NCBI GenBank assembly: GCA_051047955.1 | Contig: JBPGPT010000013.1 | Coordinates: 124,001 to 188,000 of the forward strand | DNA from: Cystobasidiomycetes sp. EMM_F5 | Lineage: Eukaryota | Direction of reading: 5' to 3' | DNA: 64,000 bases | Shown here: positions 11,862 through 25,100 of the stretch, one piece after another | Layout of the letters: every line of letters begins with the position of its first letter | How positions within the stretch are numbered: the first letter of the stretch is position 1 | Position numbers and translations under genes: made by a program | Notes under the pieces: model-generated | Databases searched by the model: none | Told to the model about the DNA's origin: nothing | The model's input: the letters and a program-made list of their open reading frames with translations, nothing else

Positions 11862-13655
11862 ATGCGAAACCCGAGGAACCATGCAGCTGCGACGACGAGC
11901 AGTACACACAACCACGACAATGGAATCAATAATGCCATCAACAGTAACCCCCCCGAATCCCTCACCATCGTCCTCAAGCTCGGCACATCGTCCATCGTAA
12001 ACGAGCACTCGCTCCAGCCCCAGCTAGCACTCCTGTCCGCCCTCGCTGAAGCTATATGCACCCTCCGCAAGCTCGGTCACCGCCTAGTCCTCGTCTCGAG
12101 CGGGGCTATCGGGATGGGCCTCAAGCGGATGGACATGGCAAGGAAGCCAAAGGTGCTCGCAGAGAAGCAGGCACTCGCAGCCATAGGTCAGGGGAGGCTC
12201 ATTGCCCTCTGGGATAACCTATTCTCCCTCCTCGGTCAGCCCATAGCACAGGTCTTGCTCACGAGGAGCGACATTTCCGATGTGGGCGAATTGCGACTTG
12301 TCATGTCGAGATTCCAAGCTGATCCTCTGTATATACACGTATATACACAGCGCTCCCGCTACCTCAACTCGACAAAGACCCTCGCCGCACTGCTAAACTA
12401 TGGCGTAGTCCCAATCGTAAACGAAAACGACACAGTCTCCGTCTCGGAAATAAAGTTTGGCGACAACGACACCCTGTCTGCCATCACCGCCGGAATGGTA
12501 CAAGCCGACTATCTCTTCCTCTTCACCGACGTCGACTGTCTATACACTGCAAATCCACGACGATTTCCCGAAACTGCGAAACCGGTACAGATAGTCCGAG
12601 ACATCGAAGCTGTACGCGCCTCCGTGTCCACTGCCACGCTCGGGTCCAGTCTGGGCACAGGAGGAATGGAGACCAAGCTTATTGCGGCTGAACTAGCGAC
12701 CGGAGCAGGTGTAGCGACAGTCATCACGCACGGTGCGAGACCGTCTGCAATACTCGATATCGTCAGTCAGCCAGCGGGGATATCAGACCAAGACTATCTC
12801 GCCAAGACGCCACTTCATACCGTCTTTTTACCGCAGGAATCAGTACTCAGCGATAGGAGATGGTGGGTCCTCTTTGGCCTCAAACCCAGAGGCCGAGTAA
12901 TCATCGACGAAGGTGCCTATCGAGCGATAGCGAGAACAGCTTCATTGCCTTCGTCCTCCTCGAGCGTGCCGCAGCGCTCAAAACAAGTCGATACACACGG
13001 ACCTTCTGCCCAGCATGATGCACAACATCGACACCGGTCCGCTTCGACAGACTCGACCGGCAATGGAGGTAGACTACTTCCCGCTGGAGTACTGGCCGTC
13101 GAAGGCGTCTTTGCAGGAGGTCAAGCAGTTACCGTAGTCGTAAGGAAACGAAAGAGACAGGAGAAGGTCAACGCTATTGCAAGCACCTCAAACCTCGAAG
13201 CCGTCCCAACTTCACAATCATCGCCTCCCTCTGCTCAGATGGACGAGCAACCATTATCGAGCAGCGTGGCATCTTTGCGCGGAGCAACATACAGCGTCAG
13301 CACCCCAGAGCAGAGCAGACCTTCTTCGCCGATTGCGACTCATCAAATTGCTGACGATGCAAGCAAGGCACACGAGGCGTCTACGGCTGCCGAACAGGAA
13401 CAACAGCACGTCCGATCAAGCAGCCAGCGTCGGAAAGCGCATCAGCAGCATCGACATTTCGAAAAGGATCATCATGACGAGGGAGGTACACAATGGGAAG
13501 AGGTAGAATTCGGGAGAGGCTTGGCCAACTACAATAGCCTCGAGATTGACAGGATCAAGGGTCACAAATCGTCAGAGATTGAGTCGATACTCGGTTATAT
13601 TGATGCAGAGCATTGTGTCGAGAGCATCACCAGCCTTAAAAGACACGATATATGA
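11862..13655 (+). CDS. PRO1: Glutamate 5-kinase with split PUA domain
   Basis: IVLKLGTSS, VSSGAIG, AAIGQGRL, NENDTVS, FGDNDTLSA, GTGGMETK; PUA pieces 'DEGA', 'LLPAGV', 'GRGLANYNS'; in-frame intron at 12282-12350. Confidence 0.95.
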   Translation: MRNPRNHAAATTSSTHNHDNGINNAINSNPPESLTIVLKLGTSSIVNEHSLQPQLALLSALAEAICTLRKLGHRLVLVSSGAIGMGLKRMDMARKPKVLAEKQALAAIGQGRLIALWDNLFSLLGQPIAQVLLTRSDISDVGELRLVMSRFQADPLYIHVYTQRSRYLNSTKTLAALLNYGVVPIVNENDTVSVSEIKFGDNDTLSAITAGMVQADYLFLFTDVDCLYTANPRRFPETAKPVQIVRDIEAVRASVSTATLGSSLGTGGMETKLIAAELATGAGVATVITHGARPSAILDIVSQPAGISDQDYLAKTPLHTVFLPQESVLSDRRWWVLFGLKPRGRVIIDEGAYRAIARTASLPSSSSSVPQRSKQVDTHGPSAQHDAQHRHRSASTDSTGNGGRLLPAGVLAVEGVFAGGQAVTVVVRKRKRQEKVNAIASTSNLEAVPTSQSSPPSAQMDEQPLSSSVASLRGATYSVSTPEQSRPSSPIATHQIADDASKAHEASTAAEQEQQHVRSSSQRRKAHQQHRHFEKDHHDEGGTQWEEVEFGRGLANYNSLEIDRIKGHKSSEIESILGYIDAEHCVESITSLKRHDI

Positions 13656-13912
13656 ATGTGATGTATGCAACTTCATAACGTCCATCAACACTGCATGAGA
13701 GCGGATCGGCAAACAACAAATGGCCATATCTTCTCTTTCCCGACGCCACTGAAAGACGAAACTAACATGCTCGCACGGACCCACTGAGGTTTGTTTGACT
13801 TCTTACTGTACATCCTGGCGGTGTATCGTTGCTTGAGTGTGAACTGATCCATCCACAGGTGGCTCTTGCATTTCGTAGCCCGTGGAATTTCATCGTATAT
13901 ATCCGTATATCA

Positions 13913-16900
13913 TCAATCATCCGGCCACTGGCTTGGGTAATCGGGAGGAGATTCGGGAAACTCTAGAAGAGACTCATTCTCGTCATTGTCTTCAGCTATG
14001 GCATCGTCGCCGTTCCGGCTGGCTGCTGAAGCGCTCGTGCTGACTGGAGGTCCAGACGGCATAGATTCGTAGGACGCTTCTCTGCGTGACCGTTGTGACC
14101 CGGACTGGCTACTAAGCGGGCCGCCAGTTGGCAGTGAAGAGGTACTTGACGCGGTAGCGGGCCGCCTACGGGCAGGCAAACTCTGTTGTGAGCCACTTGC
14201 AGTACTGACGGGATCGCCATCCGGCAACGAAGACGTGCTGGAAGCTGCAGTCGGACGCGATTTTGGAAGGAGTCTGTCGTTCGATGCCGAAAGTTGCTGC
14301 GTCTGCGCGCGCACTTCACGTACCCGCGTAGCAGGCTTCCGAGGTCTTACGAACAGATCATCGCCATCTTGGTCGACGTCGCTGCTTCTGCCAGAGTCTA
14401 CGTAGCTGGGTATGTTGCCTGCAAGTCCTGTTACGCGATTGCTCCGCCGCATGGGCAGTGTGGCAACGTCGGCTATCGGGTCAACAGAATCTTCGACCCT
14501 CCGTTTCTTGTTGGCCTGCGCGTTACCAGCGCCGCTTCCTCTTCCTCGCATCCGTTTTTTGGCAGCGGCAACAGCCTCTTGTGAAGCGGCAAGCTCGTCT
14601 TTCTCGCCTTCTTGCCCGTTTTGATCATCTTGAGCCTCTCCAACAGCTGTCGCCTTGATCTGCTTACGAGCGGCAGTTCTGACGGCTGATAAAGCCTACT
14701 TTAGTTGACTTGGCAAATCCAAAATATCAATACCAGCTTACTGTTATCTTTGGCCATTAGCGAAACAAGCTTCTTTTCGTAGGTTCTGTGGGCATCCCAG
14801 GCTTTTGCAGTGCCATTGGTATCGATGTTCTTTTCCTCGAAGGTCTTGACAAGGTGAGAATGGACTTTGGCGGCTTCTCGTCCCGTCATGCCGATAGTGA
14901 AAAGCGTAAGTCCTCGGAACATCGTGAGCATCCTTCGCATCGATGTCATTTTGCCCTGCGCTGAGAATATCGACATCTTGCCGGCGACGTGACTGATGCA
15001 GTCAATGTGGATCTTCAGCAAGTCGGGTTCTGATAGTCGAGCCGAGATCGTAAAGCCTTTCGCACGAACTACGGAGTGATTGGAAAGGAGGCGAGACAAG
15101 GCATTGAACTGAATATCAGACGGCTTGGAATGCCGGAGGTAATAGCTGAGAGCCTGTGAGCGATATGTCAGCATATGGTGATTGCTGTATGCGAGGCTTT
15201 GACCAGCTCACTGTCTTCAAACTTGCGATCACTACCGTAGCAGCGATATGTCCATGTTCACCAAGTACGCCGTACAAACGCAGAGCCTCTGCAAGGATCT
15301 TACAAGACTCGTCGTAGAAGGCATTGAAGCGGTCATAATGCGCAAGAATGGTCGAGGCATGGAAGAGGTCGAGGACTTCTGTACAAATGGCGCGTGAGAA
15401 TGTTGAGACCATTTCGTTAAACGCATATTGTTCATTATGCTGCGTCAGCGTCTTCGGCCTGTAGCTGCCATCTGCGAAAGTGTATCAATCAGAGATAGTC
15501 GTTGGAGCGCTCTGCTACCAACCTTTGTCGGTACCATCAGCCTTCTTGCGACGATCGTCCTCATTGGCGTCCTCTTCATCATCCTCGTCGTCCTGCTCGC
15601 GGACTAGGTCGTCTTTATCTTGCTGATCAGTTGTGCTTGCAGCATACCGACTGACTTCCGTCTCAAGAAAACCAGCACATCTATACTGCATTTGAACCGA
15701 AAGCTCGATGAGGTCCCGTTGGTGGCCTGTAGCGGCATGTCGATGCTTCCCAGCGATGCACAGCTCTAGCAAAGTCTTGAAAGCGTTGCGCCTGATACTG
15801 ATAGAATACCCGCTGTCTTCACCGATTGCTATTTCCGTTGTCTTCTCGATAACGCTATCACGAATCTCAAACACATTCGCCGGAGTCTCTTCATCCATGG
15901 GAGCGGTTGCAGTCTGCCATAGAAGATAGAGGTATAGCAACTCAAGCGCTCTTTCGACCATCTCGATAGTTCACCACCAAGTCAGTCAGACGAACAGGAT
16001 CGCAGCACGGGTGACATACCTGATCATCCTCTTGCATACCAAGCGAACCTCGCTCAAGCACGCCCATAGCGATGTGTATAGCAGAATTTGGTCTGTTTCT
16101 GTCCGTTTCTTCTTCCAGTAGAGATGAGCAGTCGTTATACCGCGATAGCAAAACCAGTCTTGTTATGGCACCAGTTAGCTTGTCGCGCTGCTCGGGCTCC
16201 AGGTGATTGTGCTCAATCTCCACCTCAGTCGCAATCTCCTTAAGAGGCGCGAGAATGGCCGCTTCCAAAGCAGACTGCTTTGCCGAGTTGATTCCGCTTA
16301 GCTCTTTGGTCGCAACAAAGACATCAAGAGTCTCCATTGAACGCTGTAACAGAGCCGTATCGCGGGCGGCAAGGAATTGCCTTGTCACAATATCCCAAAG
16401 GGATTCGTATGCGCTGAGCTGCCTCATGTCCAAATACAAGCCGAGTTGCATCTGCTGCGGAAGGAGCAGCAGCAACATCGAGCGCTGTACGTCTGTGCGG
16501 TATTTTGCAAAGAAGCGAGGTAGAGCTTGCATTAGAGCACGCGTAATTGAGCTGTAGATATCGCTCTTCTGCTGCTCTTCCTGTCAAGATCAACGCATCT
16601 TCTCGCTCAGCTTACAGATTGGTCGACCTCATAAGTATGGCCACATACCTTTGACGAAAGCAAGGAAGCACGGTGCCTGGTATAGCGAATCGAAGCGACA
16701 AGTACGTTCAACAAGATTCGGTCTTCAGCGTCAGTCAAGCGGCAGCTCTCTTCGATCACTGCGGTGGCAGACGCGGCTCTAGACGTGACAGTCGCGGCGA
16801 GGTCCTCGTCCAGATCTTCAATAGCCGCACTGCGTGACCGTGAGCGATCTGATCTCGCTCGAGATCTGATCGGAGACGCTGCCGCTGTCTGAGCACTAGA

Positions 16901-19014
16901 CGAATGATCCAGAAGCGCGTAGTCTAAGATGTGCTCCCATTCGGTGACTGCAGCAACATCTAACCATAGACTCTCCACAGCCAGCGAGACTCTGTCCTTC
17001 TGCTCGCTCTGTGTTGCCATCGCGGTGTGAAGCGACCAGCTTGCAGCTTGCTCTGCAAAGTCATTGTCGTCATTGTCTTCGTCACTCTCACTGGTCTGAT
17101 CCAGGCTTTTCGCAAGCGTGACAAGCAGATTAGCCAGGCATTTGTATCGCAACCGACGTTTCTGAAGTTCTTGCGCCTCTTCTCGCTCCCAAGCCGAAGG
17201 CACTCTGTCGTTAGTCGACGAGGACGAGGAAGCAGTAGCTGAGATTGCATCTGCGTTCAACTGAGTCTTGCGTTCCTCGAATCGTTCCTCAAGCAAGTCG
17301 GCACAGAATCCAGCGACAGCTTTGCGGACACGTGGTTCAGCATTGTATAAAAGCTGACCGACTTTGTTGCGCTGATCATCTTCTAGAAGCCCATGCTTGT
17401 CAATGGCGCGTAATACGCCGATAGCGGCGATGCGTACGGACAGCTCGCTCTCCGCAGCTGCCATTTCCACTAGGCGGTCCTTGAATCGCTCAGTGAAATG
17501 CTGCAAGGAGTTGATGTACTCCTCGGAGCCGTACAACGGCAACAGTGCTGACACGGCTTCGTGACGAACGTCCTTGTCCTGCAATAGCACAGACTCATGT
17601 TTAGATGCCGAATTGGTGTCACGATGTCAGTGCCCTACTTGATCAGTCAAGGTCCAGCCAATGTAGCGCAAATAGCTGCCCTCGAGAAAGTAGCGAGGGT
17701 GCAGCTTCATCCAGGTACCCAGTGAGCGAATGCACTCCATTCTAATTCCCGGATCCGCATCGCGGCAGCGATGGACAAAGACAGCATCCAGCATCTGCCT
17801 AAAATACGTCTCTATACGCGTCTTCTTGACGTGCGTAGCTTTCACTCTGGCTTCAAGCTCCTTTAGACGATCCTGATTCGTCTTGACGCGCGCGGATCGC
17901 TTTACCTCTGCCTCCTTTTGTCGTTGCAGAGATGCGAAATCGTCTGCGACTTGCGTGGCAATTGCACATATCCCCTCTACCAGTAGCAACGTCAAGACTG
18001 TCGTAGTGTGTCGGAAAGCTCGAAGCTTGGAAGAAGATGCGGCAACGAGCCAGGATTGTAGAGTCTCGCAGAAGATGTCGTCGTAGAGTACTTCAGAATC
18101 ATGGGCTGAACCCGCAAGCCTGCGCAGAAACTCGGCCAGGGAAGCATAAAACTGCTTGTACGCTTTCGACTTGCTGACGAGCGGATACAGAGCTTGATGT
18201 ACCTGACGTGTAATTTCAGCTGACTGTTTCCGATGTGCATTAACGCATCATTACCTTGGAGAAATCGCTCTGAATGTCTTGAAGCTTGTCAACAACGCCG
18301 TCCAAGTCTTGAGCTTCGTGTAGGTCGACGGACGCGTTACATCCACAGCACTGCGCCAGACCAGTGAATATAAGTGCGAGAAGCACTGCTCCTTGAGTAT
18401 TTACGCACCCGAAACATAAAATTGATCATTTCTGCAAGAGCTTGGCCGCGAGAGTCCTCATCGGCTTGGTAGAGTTCCATCCAGTCATCGGCTGTGGCTT
18501 GTAATGCTGATTTGGCGTCCTTGACGGCGTCTGACACATACACAGATATTAGCAGTGTGCTCCCGCTTGGCATCAAGGAGCAAATCTTCATACTAAACAG
18601 GCCATTGTCCGCTTGAACGCTGAAATCGTCCCTGTTCCTGCCCGTCTTTGCTGCTTGTCCTTCTGCGTCATTCAAGACGTCGTCGTCATTGTCATTGTCG
18701 TTTCGAGTTGCTGTCCGCCTGGCTCTTTGGGTTCGACGCGTGCTTGTTGCTCGCTTTCCATTCGTCGCACCCTTTCGCTTGGCTCCAGCCCCTTTTGACC
18801 GTGTGGTTGTCGCTTTTGGCGCGTCAAAATCTTCGTCTTGATCGTCGTCGTCGTCGTTGTTATTGTGGTCGTCGGACCCTACATCGTCGTCTTCCTCCTC
18901 GGACTGCAATTCGTCTTGCTCGTCGTTGTCGTTGTCAATACCTCGACTCGCTACGACGCGTCTAGTCGTTCCATCGTTCCCTCGTCTTCGCTTGGCCGGC
19001 GGTTCGTTGTCCAT
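13913..19014 (-). CDS. SCC3: Cohesin subunit Scc3/Psc3 (STAG/SA family); many exons
   Basis: 'AVFVHRCRDADPGIRMECIRSLGTWM', 'YLRYIGWTLTD', 'FTERFKDRLVEMA', 'VRKAVAGF', and an acidic/basic N-terminus typical of STAG proteins. Confidence 0.92.
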
Positions 19015-19132
19015 TCGAACGTTGCGCGTTGCTGCTCGTTTGCCTGACAAGATGGATGATTCGGGTGAGGAAGGTGGGTTAGGGATAATTTGTACGAAGT
19101 GTGCAGCCAGTCATATACATCCACTTATTAAT

Positions 19133-19188
19133 ACGCGACATCTACATCATCAGCGTCACCATCAAACGCCAACACACCATTTACGCGT
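19133..19188. promoter_or_regulatory. Putative MCB (MluI cell-cycle box) elements in the divergent SCC3/orphan promoter
   Basis: ACGCGA at 19133-19138 and ACGCGT at 19183-19188, about 120-175 bp upstream of the SCC3 ATG. Cohesin genes are MBF targets in yeasts. Confidence 0.45.
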
Positions 19189-19392
19189 TTGGCTGGGGCC
19201 TGCTCGCCGTCGCCGTCGCTGAGGCTGCTCAGTCCGCTGTCGTCTTCGTCCATCATATGCAATATATATCAGCAAGTCATGTTGTGTTTGCCGTTTGGAG
19301 CAGACCAGAGCTGCGTCTTTCAACTTTTACAATTATTCAAGCATCCCTTGGCTCCACTCCAAAAAGTAACTCCACACTGAGATGCCCAGTCA

Positions 19393-22021
19393 ATGCACAG
19401 CGACCATGGCTGCGAGCACAGCGATGAGCACGCAGTCACCGTATTGCACTGGCTGAGGGGCAAAGACGGGCTCAGCGTTAAAGCCGCCGGCGATATCGTC
19501 AAGAGATGCAGGCAGACGGTGAAGGACTGGACGACGACGAGTAGCAATGGTGGACTCTGCAAACCTGGCGTCGTCGAGGAATTGCACGTCGTCGCAGCCA
19601 GTGAGCGCGTATTTCCGAGTGACGCTTTCGAAGCAATAGTTGACTTTTGCATCCCCCGACAAGCTCGAGAGCAAGACTACAGATGGCTGTCGTACGCGCA
19701 GGCTGTCCCGCACGCTGAGGTATCCGCCTGGAAGCCGCCTGGGATTGAAGCAAATACCGACCCGTACAATGACGATACGTGGTATTCAGACTGGGACAGC
19801 ATCCTCGACTTTCACGCTGTACGCTCAGAGGACGTTGATATCCCTCACACGTCCCCGAGCAAACCGCCAGCTAGAGTCAAAGCCCCGCTCCTCCGCACGT
19901 ACGGCCGGAGAGGGGGTTCGCGAATACGAGCCTCGCCTGCTCCGTCAGAGATGGAACTATTCTCACAGACCATGTCTTCCTCACCTCGACGGGACATTCC
20001 ATCTGCTCTTGCCGCATTCCGCAGTCTGTTGACGGCGCCGCCAAAACAAGCAGATGAGCTTGTCGAGCGAATCAACAGTACCTCTGCATCTTCGGATGAC
20101 GAATCTGAGAATGACCACTTGAGCACTCACCCACGCCGTCCAGCTGCAAAACGTATGCGCAAGTCCGCTCGCAAAGCAGGAGGAAGTGTAAAATCGCCCA
20201 TTCCAGAACGAACAAAGAGTACTCGAACGACATCACGTCCAAAGCTCGTCTTTCAGGAACTACAGCCTACGCCAGAGATGCTTCAGCACCTCATCACTGG
20301 TCAATCAAGAGACGCTCAGGGACATGTCCCGCTCTTCAAGCTTCGAGGTCTAGCGTTTCCAGAAGGTGCAGGTGGAGACGAAGCCCAAGCCCAAGCGGCT
20401 GTAATTAGTAAAATTGCATCGGCCATCGCCTCCTCCACGACTGTAACGGCGACGACTAGCATGATGACGCGCGGAGGCAGGCTTCGTTCAAGACTGCCGA
20501 CCGCACATATACTAAACGCAAACCTCGACCCTCCTTCCGGAACCCAGATTGTCAACCTCTTCTCCAAAAAGCCCGGTATCCCAGATCCGAGACCCCACGC
20601 TCGGACTTTGACGAGCGATGACACAGATCATATATTGTCAAATATCACGGACGCCATTGAAGACTTTACAGCAGACAATATCCCCAACGTCTTGCAGCGA
20701 CCCAATACAAATGAGGATGTCATTGCAGCAACGAGCTCCAGAAGCCGAGCTGGCGACCTCGTGGACGACAGCTTTGGCAACATGGATGTCGATCATATGA
20801 GTGCAGCGAATGAGCCATCGTTCAGCAATAATGATATCGATGGCGTGGCGGATGATGACCGTCAAGCAATGTGCCAGCCCTCGCTGGATGAAAGTGAGAT
20901 GCTTCCTCCGGATCTCACCGCCAGCCGTAGCGTATTTGAGAATGACTCCGTTTCCATGCCGGAGATTCCGACAACGGAGACGTCGGATGCGAGAAAACCT
21001 CACGCTCCGCTTTCCTTTCCTGCTGCATCGTCCAAGCAAGCTGTATCGCCTCGGCGGCGTCAAGCGATGAGAATTGCACCAAACTCAAACACAGGACCTC
21101 GCACGCATGGCACCGCACTCGAATCGAATATGAAGTCCGTTACAAGCTCCATCATACCAGACATTGTTTTCACATCGCCTATGCATGATGCAGTCACGGT
21201 CTATACAGCTGGACAAGTAGCTACGTCCTCTACCTCTCCTTCTCGTGCATCGCGTGTAAAGGTGTCCAAAGTTTCGCGAAACAGTAAAGACTTGCCGGAT
21301 ATTGATCTTGCTGACTTTATCGAACTTGCTTGGCGAAAGGTGAGATATGTACATTCTCTTAGTACCACAACATCTGAGCGACGCAATCTTTCTGAAGGTT
21401 ATTCGGCCTACTTTGCCAGTAATCATTCCGTTTCCCTTGTCACTTGACAAAACATCTCAAGCTCCGATCGTGCGATGCCTCGTCCCCGCAGGGCTGCTCA
21501 ATAAAGGCGGTATATTTGAAAACGGCTACCTCGGAGCAGGACGACGTGGATATTGGTCTCTGCCTTTGACTACATCCAGCGGAGGCCTACACGCCACAGG
21601 CAGTGGAGGCGTAGTCCTCGGTTTGAGCGACGGCACGACTGCCGCTTCCGATCAAGAGGCTCAGGGAATGATTGTATGGACTTTGCATCGCTTGCGCCTT
21701 CTCATAAAACAAGTGGGTCGCATTGCCCAAGCAGGGCACTTCGGCTTAGTGCACGCCTACCCTGCACCTAGTGCCGTAAGACAGGACTTACCGCAAGACG
21801 ATACAGTCGAGATACGGATCGCATGCTCCTCCTGTGTGGCTCTGCAGTTGAGATTGATTATAGGGCAGTGGGCCTGCCAGACAGATGCCAGCGGCAACGA
21901 GACGGACGTGCTCGCGCCTGACACGCAAAACGAGCAAGATAGATGGCTCAGCTGTACAGGCGGAAACGTCTCGCTGACTTGGTGGGATGACGTTGATAGA
22001 ATACCAGTCTTATTGGCGTAG
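19393..22021 (+). CDS. Hypothetical protein: folded N-domain, long disordered middle, folded C-domain
   Basis: A 684-aa ORF spliced via intron 21340-21397 (WRK-VIRPTLP) into the 21347-22021 frame. The start codon is uncertain. Confidence 0.7.
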
Positions 22022-22195
22022 CCTCAAAATGCGATGGTCATAATGTAGCCATAGAGAATTCCTCAAATTTCATGCTGGGCGTGAATGCAGGTACTAAAGA
22101 CTTGTTCTGCTATGATACACTGGTCATTTCCTCGTGACTTGTACTGCCCCATTTCAATTGGCCTTGCTTTGTTTTGGTTGCAGTAAATGCGTTTG

Positions 22196-25100
22196 CTATT
22201 GCGCAGCGGAGGGCACTGCAGTGAGAAGATGTGCGACAGAGTATGGTTTCTGATCGCTAGACTGCTTTGCTTTCTGGAAGAACGGGGCTAAATACTTCTT
22301 GAAAGCCCGTCCATCGCTTGCCTGCGTCAGCCGTTCAACGAAATCTTTTGCTACTTGCTCGGGAATATTGAATGACGGGAAAACGTTGGTCGTGAGATAT
22401 GAAAGAAATTCTTGCCCGCGCAGGGTCTCCAGGGTCTTGTAGAGGGTTGCGACCTCTCCTATGACCTGCATACAATACATTAGTAGGCAGACAGTTTGGC
22501 ATACCACGCGTCTCTCACATTATACGCTTGAGCATCACTATAATCGAAGGCTTGCCGGACCGGCAACTCCATCCCGAGGCGGACTACGCGCTCGTACACA
22601 AAGTCTTTGAACTGAGGAAGACGAGAAGATTCGGAAGCCCTCTTGGGCTTTACCCACTCCTGTACTAGCCTGTTGATGACAGCGAGTCCCGTCTTTTGAT
22701 CCAAGAGTAGTCCACCGACATCAATGTAATGGGGAATACTCGAAAGCAGTGTTTCCAGCCGTGGCAAATTTTCTGCGCACAATGTCAGCATGATCATGAC
22801 GTTGGTCTCAGACAGAACGCACGAGCTGAAAAGAAAATGTCCTGCATGCCAGCAGTACAGATCGAATGCAATAATCCGAAATATGCCCGGCGCAATTCAG
22901 AATGCTGCTGAATATCATCGGTACCTGTGACAGGCTGCTCCAGGAAAAGATATGTGCGATCGAAAACTGGGCCTAGCAATTGGTCCAGAATATCCACGAA
23001 TGCTGACTATGGAGCAGTAGGCGTGCTTCTGTCAACACTATACCCAATAACGGCAGGAGTACCTTTGCCGCACCTTATAACGATGGGTTAACATGCCCAG
23101 AAATGGTAGAAATTCGATAATCTCCGGTACAGTAAGCTGATCCACCAGACAGTCGATCAGCGGTACCACCAAGGGCAGGGCAGCAATCGTCGTCCTCGCA
23201 GCAACACTTTTGAAGGCACCAAGTGACTGATGAAATCGCCGAGTCAGTGGATATAGATTGAGATGTTGTGAGTAGAATACGTACAGCCTCGCGAATGACC
23301 GGGACGCTGTTCTTGGCTTTCAGTGTCACGAGGATGACTCGCATTGCCTCGATGACAACCGGTACCCACTGCCCTTCTGGTACGGTGTTTACCGCATTCT
23401 TGACTTCGGGAAAGCCATAAGCGATGTTACCGACCGCGCGGATTAGGTGATGTAAGCGAAGAAGCGCTTCCGTTGAATTGACAGACGGATCGGCTGCGTT
23501 TTGGATGTCTCGGAGCAGAGGCTGTAACAACGCTTGCAACAGCGCAACCTGTTGCTCTGGGAGCTTGTTAAGCAGCGAGATGAGAGTACCAAGCGCTTCG
23601 AAGAGATATAGTTGAGAATCGAAGGGACTTCCGCGCGATGCAGCTTTCGTGAGTGGATCTTCTGAAGGCGTGTCTGGCGGAGACAAGGAGACTTCGATTG
23701 CCAGCAAGTCCTGATCATGTCCATCAAGTCAGCAGTCGACAGCCGCCGGTCTAGTAATCAAGCTCACCTCGACCCTAGTGCAGACATCGGTAACTGCCTG
23801 CGGTGGAAGATGTTGTTGCAATTGGACGCGAGCGGTATGGACGAAACGGTTGAAAAGATAGAAGCACCGGCTGCGTATAGATTGCTTTTCCTGGTGCATG
23901 CCTCTGCAGATGCTGCAGGATCAGCTGGAGGTCGGGAGAGCACATGACAACCCCTCACCTCTCGTCAAGGAATGCCGGTAGGATAGTAGTAATGGTTTCC
24001 GGCATCAATTGGAAGAAATCATGATACCGAGATACACACTCGAATAATTGGAGGGGTACGGAGGGATGCGGCCATGACGAGATCTTCGATTGAACGACTC
24101 GTAGCATGAGCTCTCCTAATACGGATGGCCCGAATGCAGAGTAGTTGATGCGATACTCTAGTTGCCTCTTCTGCTTCGTAAGCTCTTCTTTCGGGACCTT
24201 GACAAAAGCTGCAATGCCTGACGTGCCAGTCTCTTTCGCTGCTGGCTCGCCATAAATGTAAAGCACGTAGAGCGTTACCTCCACATCGCTCCATGTCTGT
24301 CCCTGGCCACCAGCATCCACAGCATCAAGCATGGTGAAAATCAGATTTCGGCAAGCTGAGGAAAACAAGTCAAAGTCTATCCATGCGACTGCATCGAATA
24401 CTGTTTTCAGTTGCTTTGAGGTGTAAAGTGTCAGTAGGTGCACGGATGTCTCACGAAGTCAGACGTACTCGACGATACTCAGTGAAAGCGGCCACATCCT
24501 CATCTTCTCCATCCTCGTCGTCATCCTCGCCTCCCCATTCCTCTTCGCGTGAGTATCGCATCTTTCTAAACACGGTCGCCATGACTGAGCGCAAAAATTC
24601 TGCCTTGTCTGCCGTCAAATGGCCCTGTGCATTTCGCTTCTTTTCTCTCTTGTAGATGCTAAACAGGTTTTGTAGGAATGGAATAACTGTAGCAGATGTA
24701 TCGTCATATTCATCGTCCAGGAATCGTAATGTCAAGGGTCGTAAAGTGAGTGCTGAAGCCAGCGCCGTTTCCCTCTGTGCATCGGTGGCGCTTGCCTCAT
24801 CTACGATTTTTGTCAATTCGGAGCCGAGGACATTCAGTAAACGAGCTAGCTTCTCTTTGAACAGTTCTGCTTGATCATCTCCTCCCGAATGGCCGTTGCT
24901 CGTGGTGTTACGGCTCGCATCGTCCGCACTCAACAGCTGAGTGATGATCTCGCTAACATTCAAAACGCGAATGAGCTCTAGCTTGTCCGCAGGCGGCATG
25001 CCCTTGGATATGAGCTCGTAGACGAGTTCAGCTGATGCAATACGAATGGAAGTGTGAGTGATAGCTAAGCATTGGAAGAGGATGGGAAGGAAGGTGGGCG

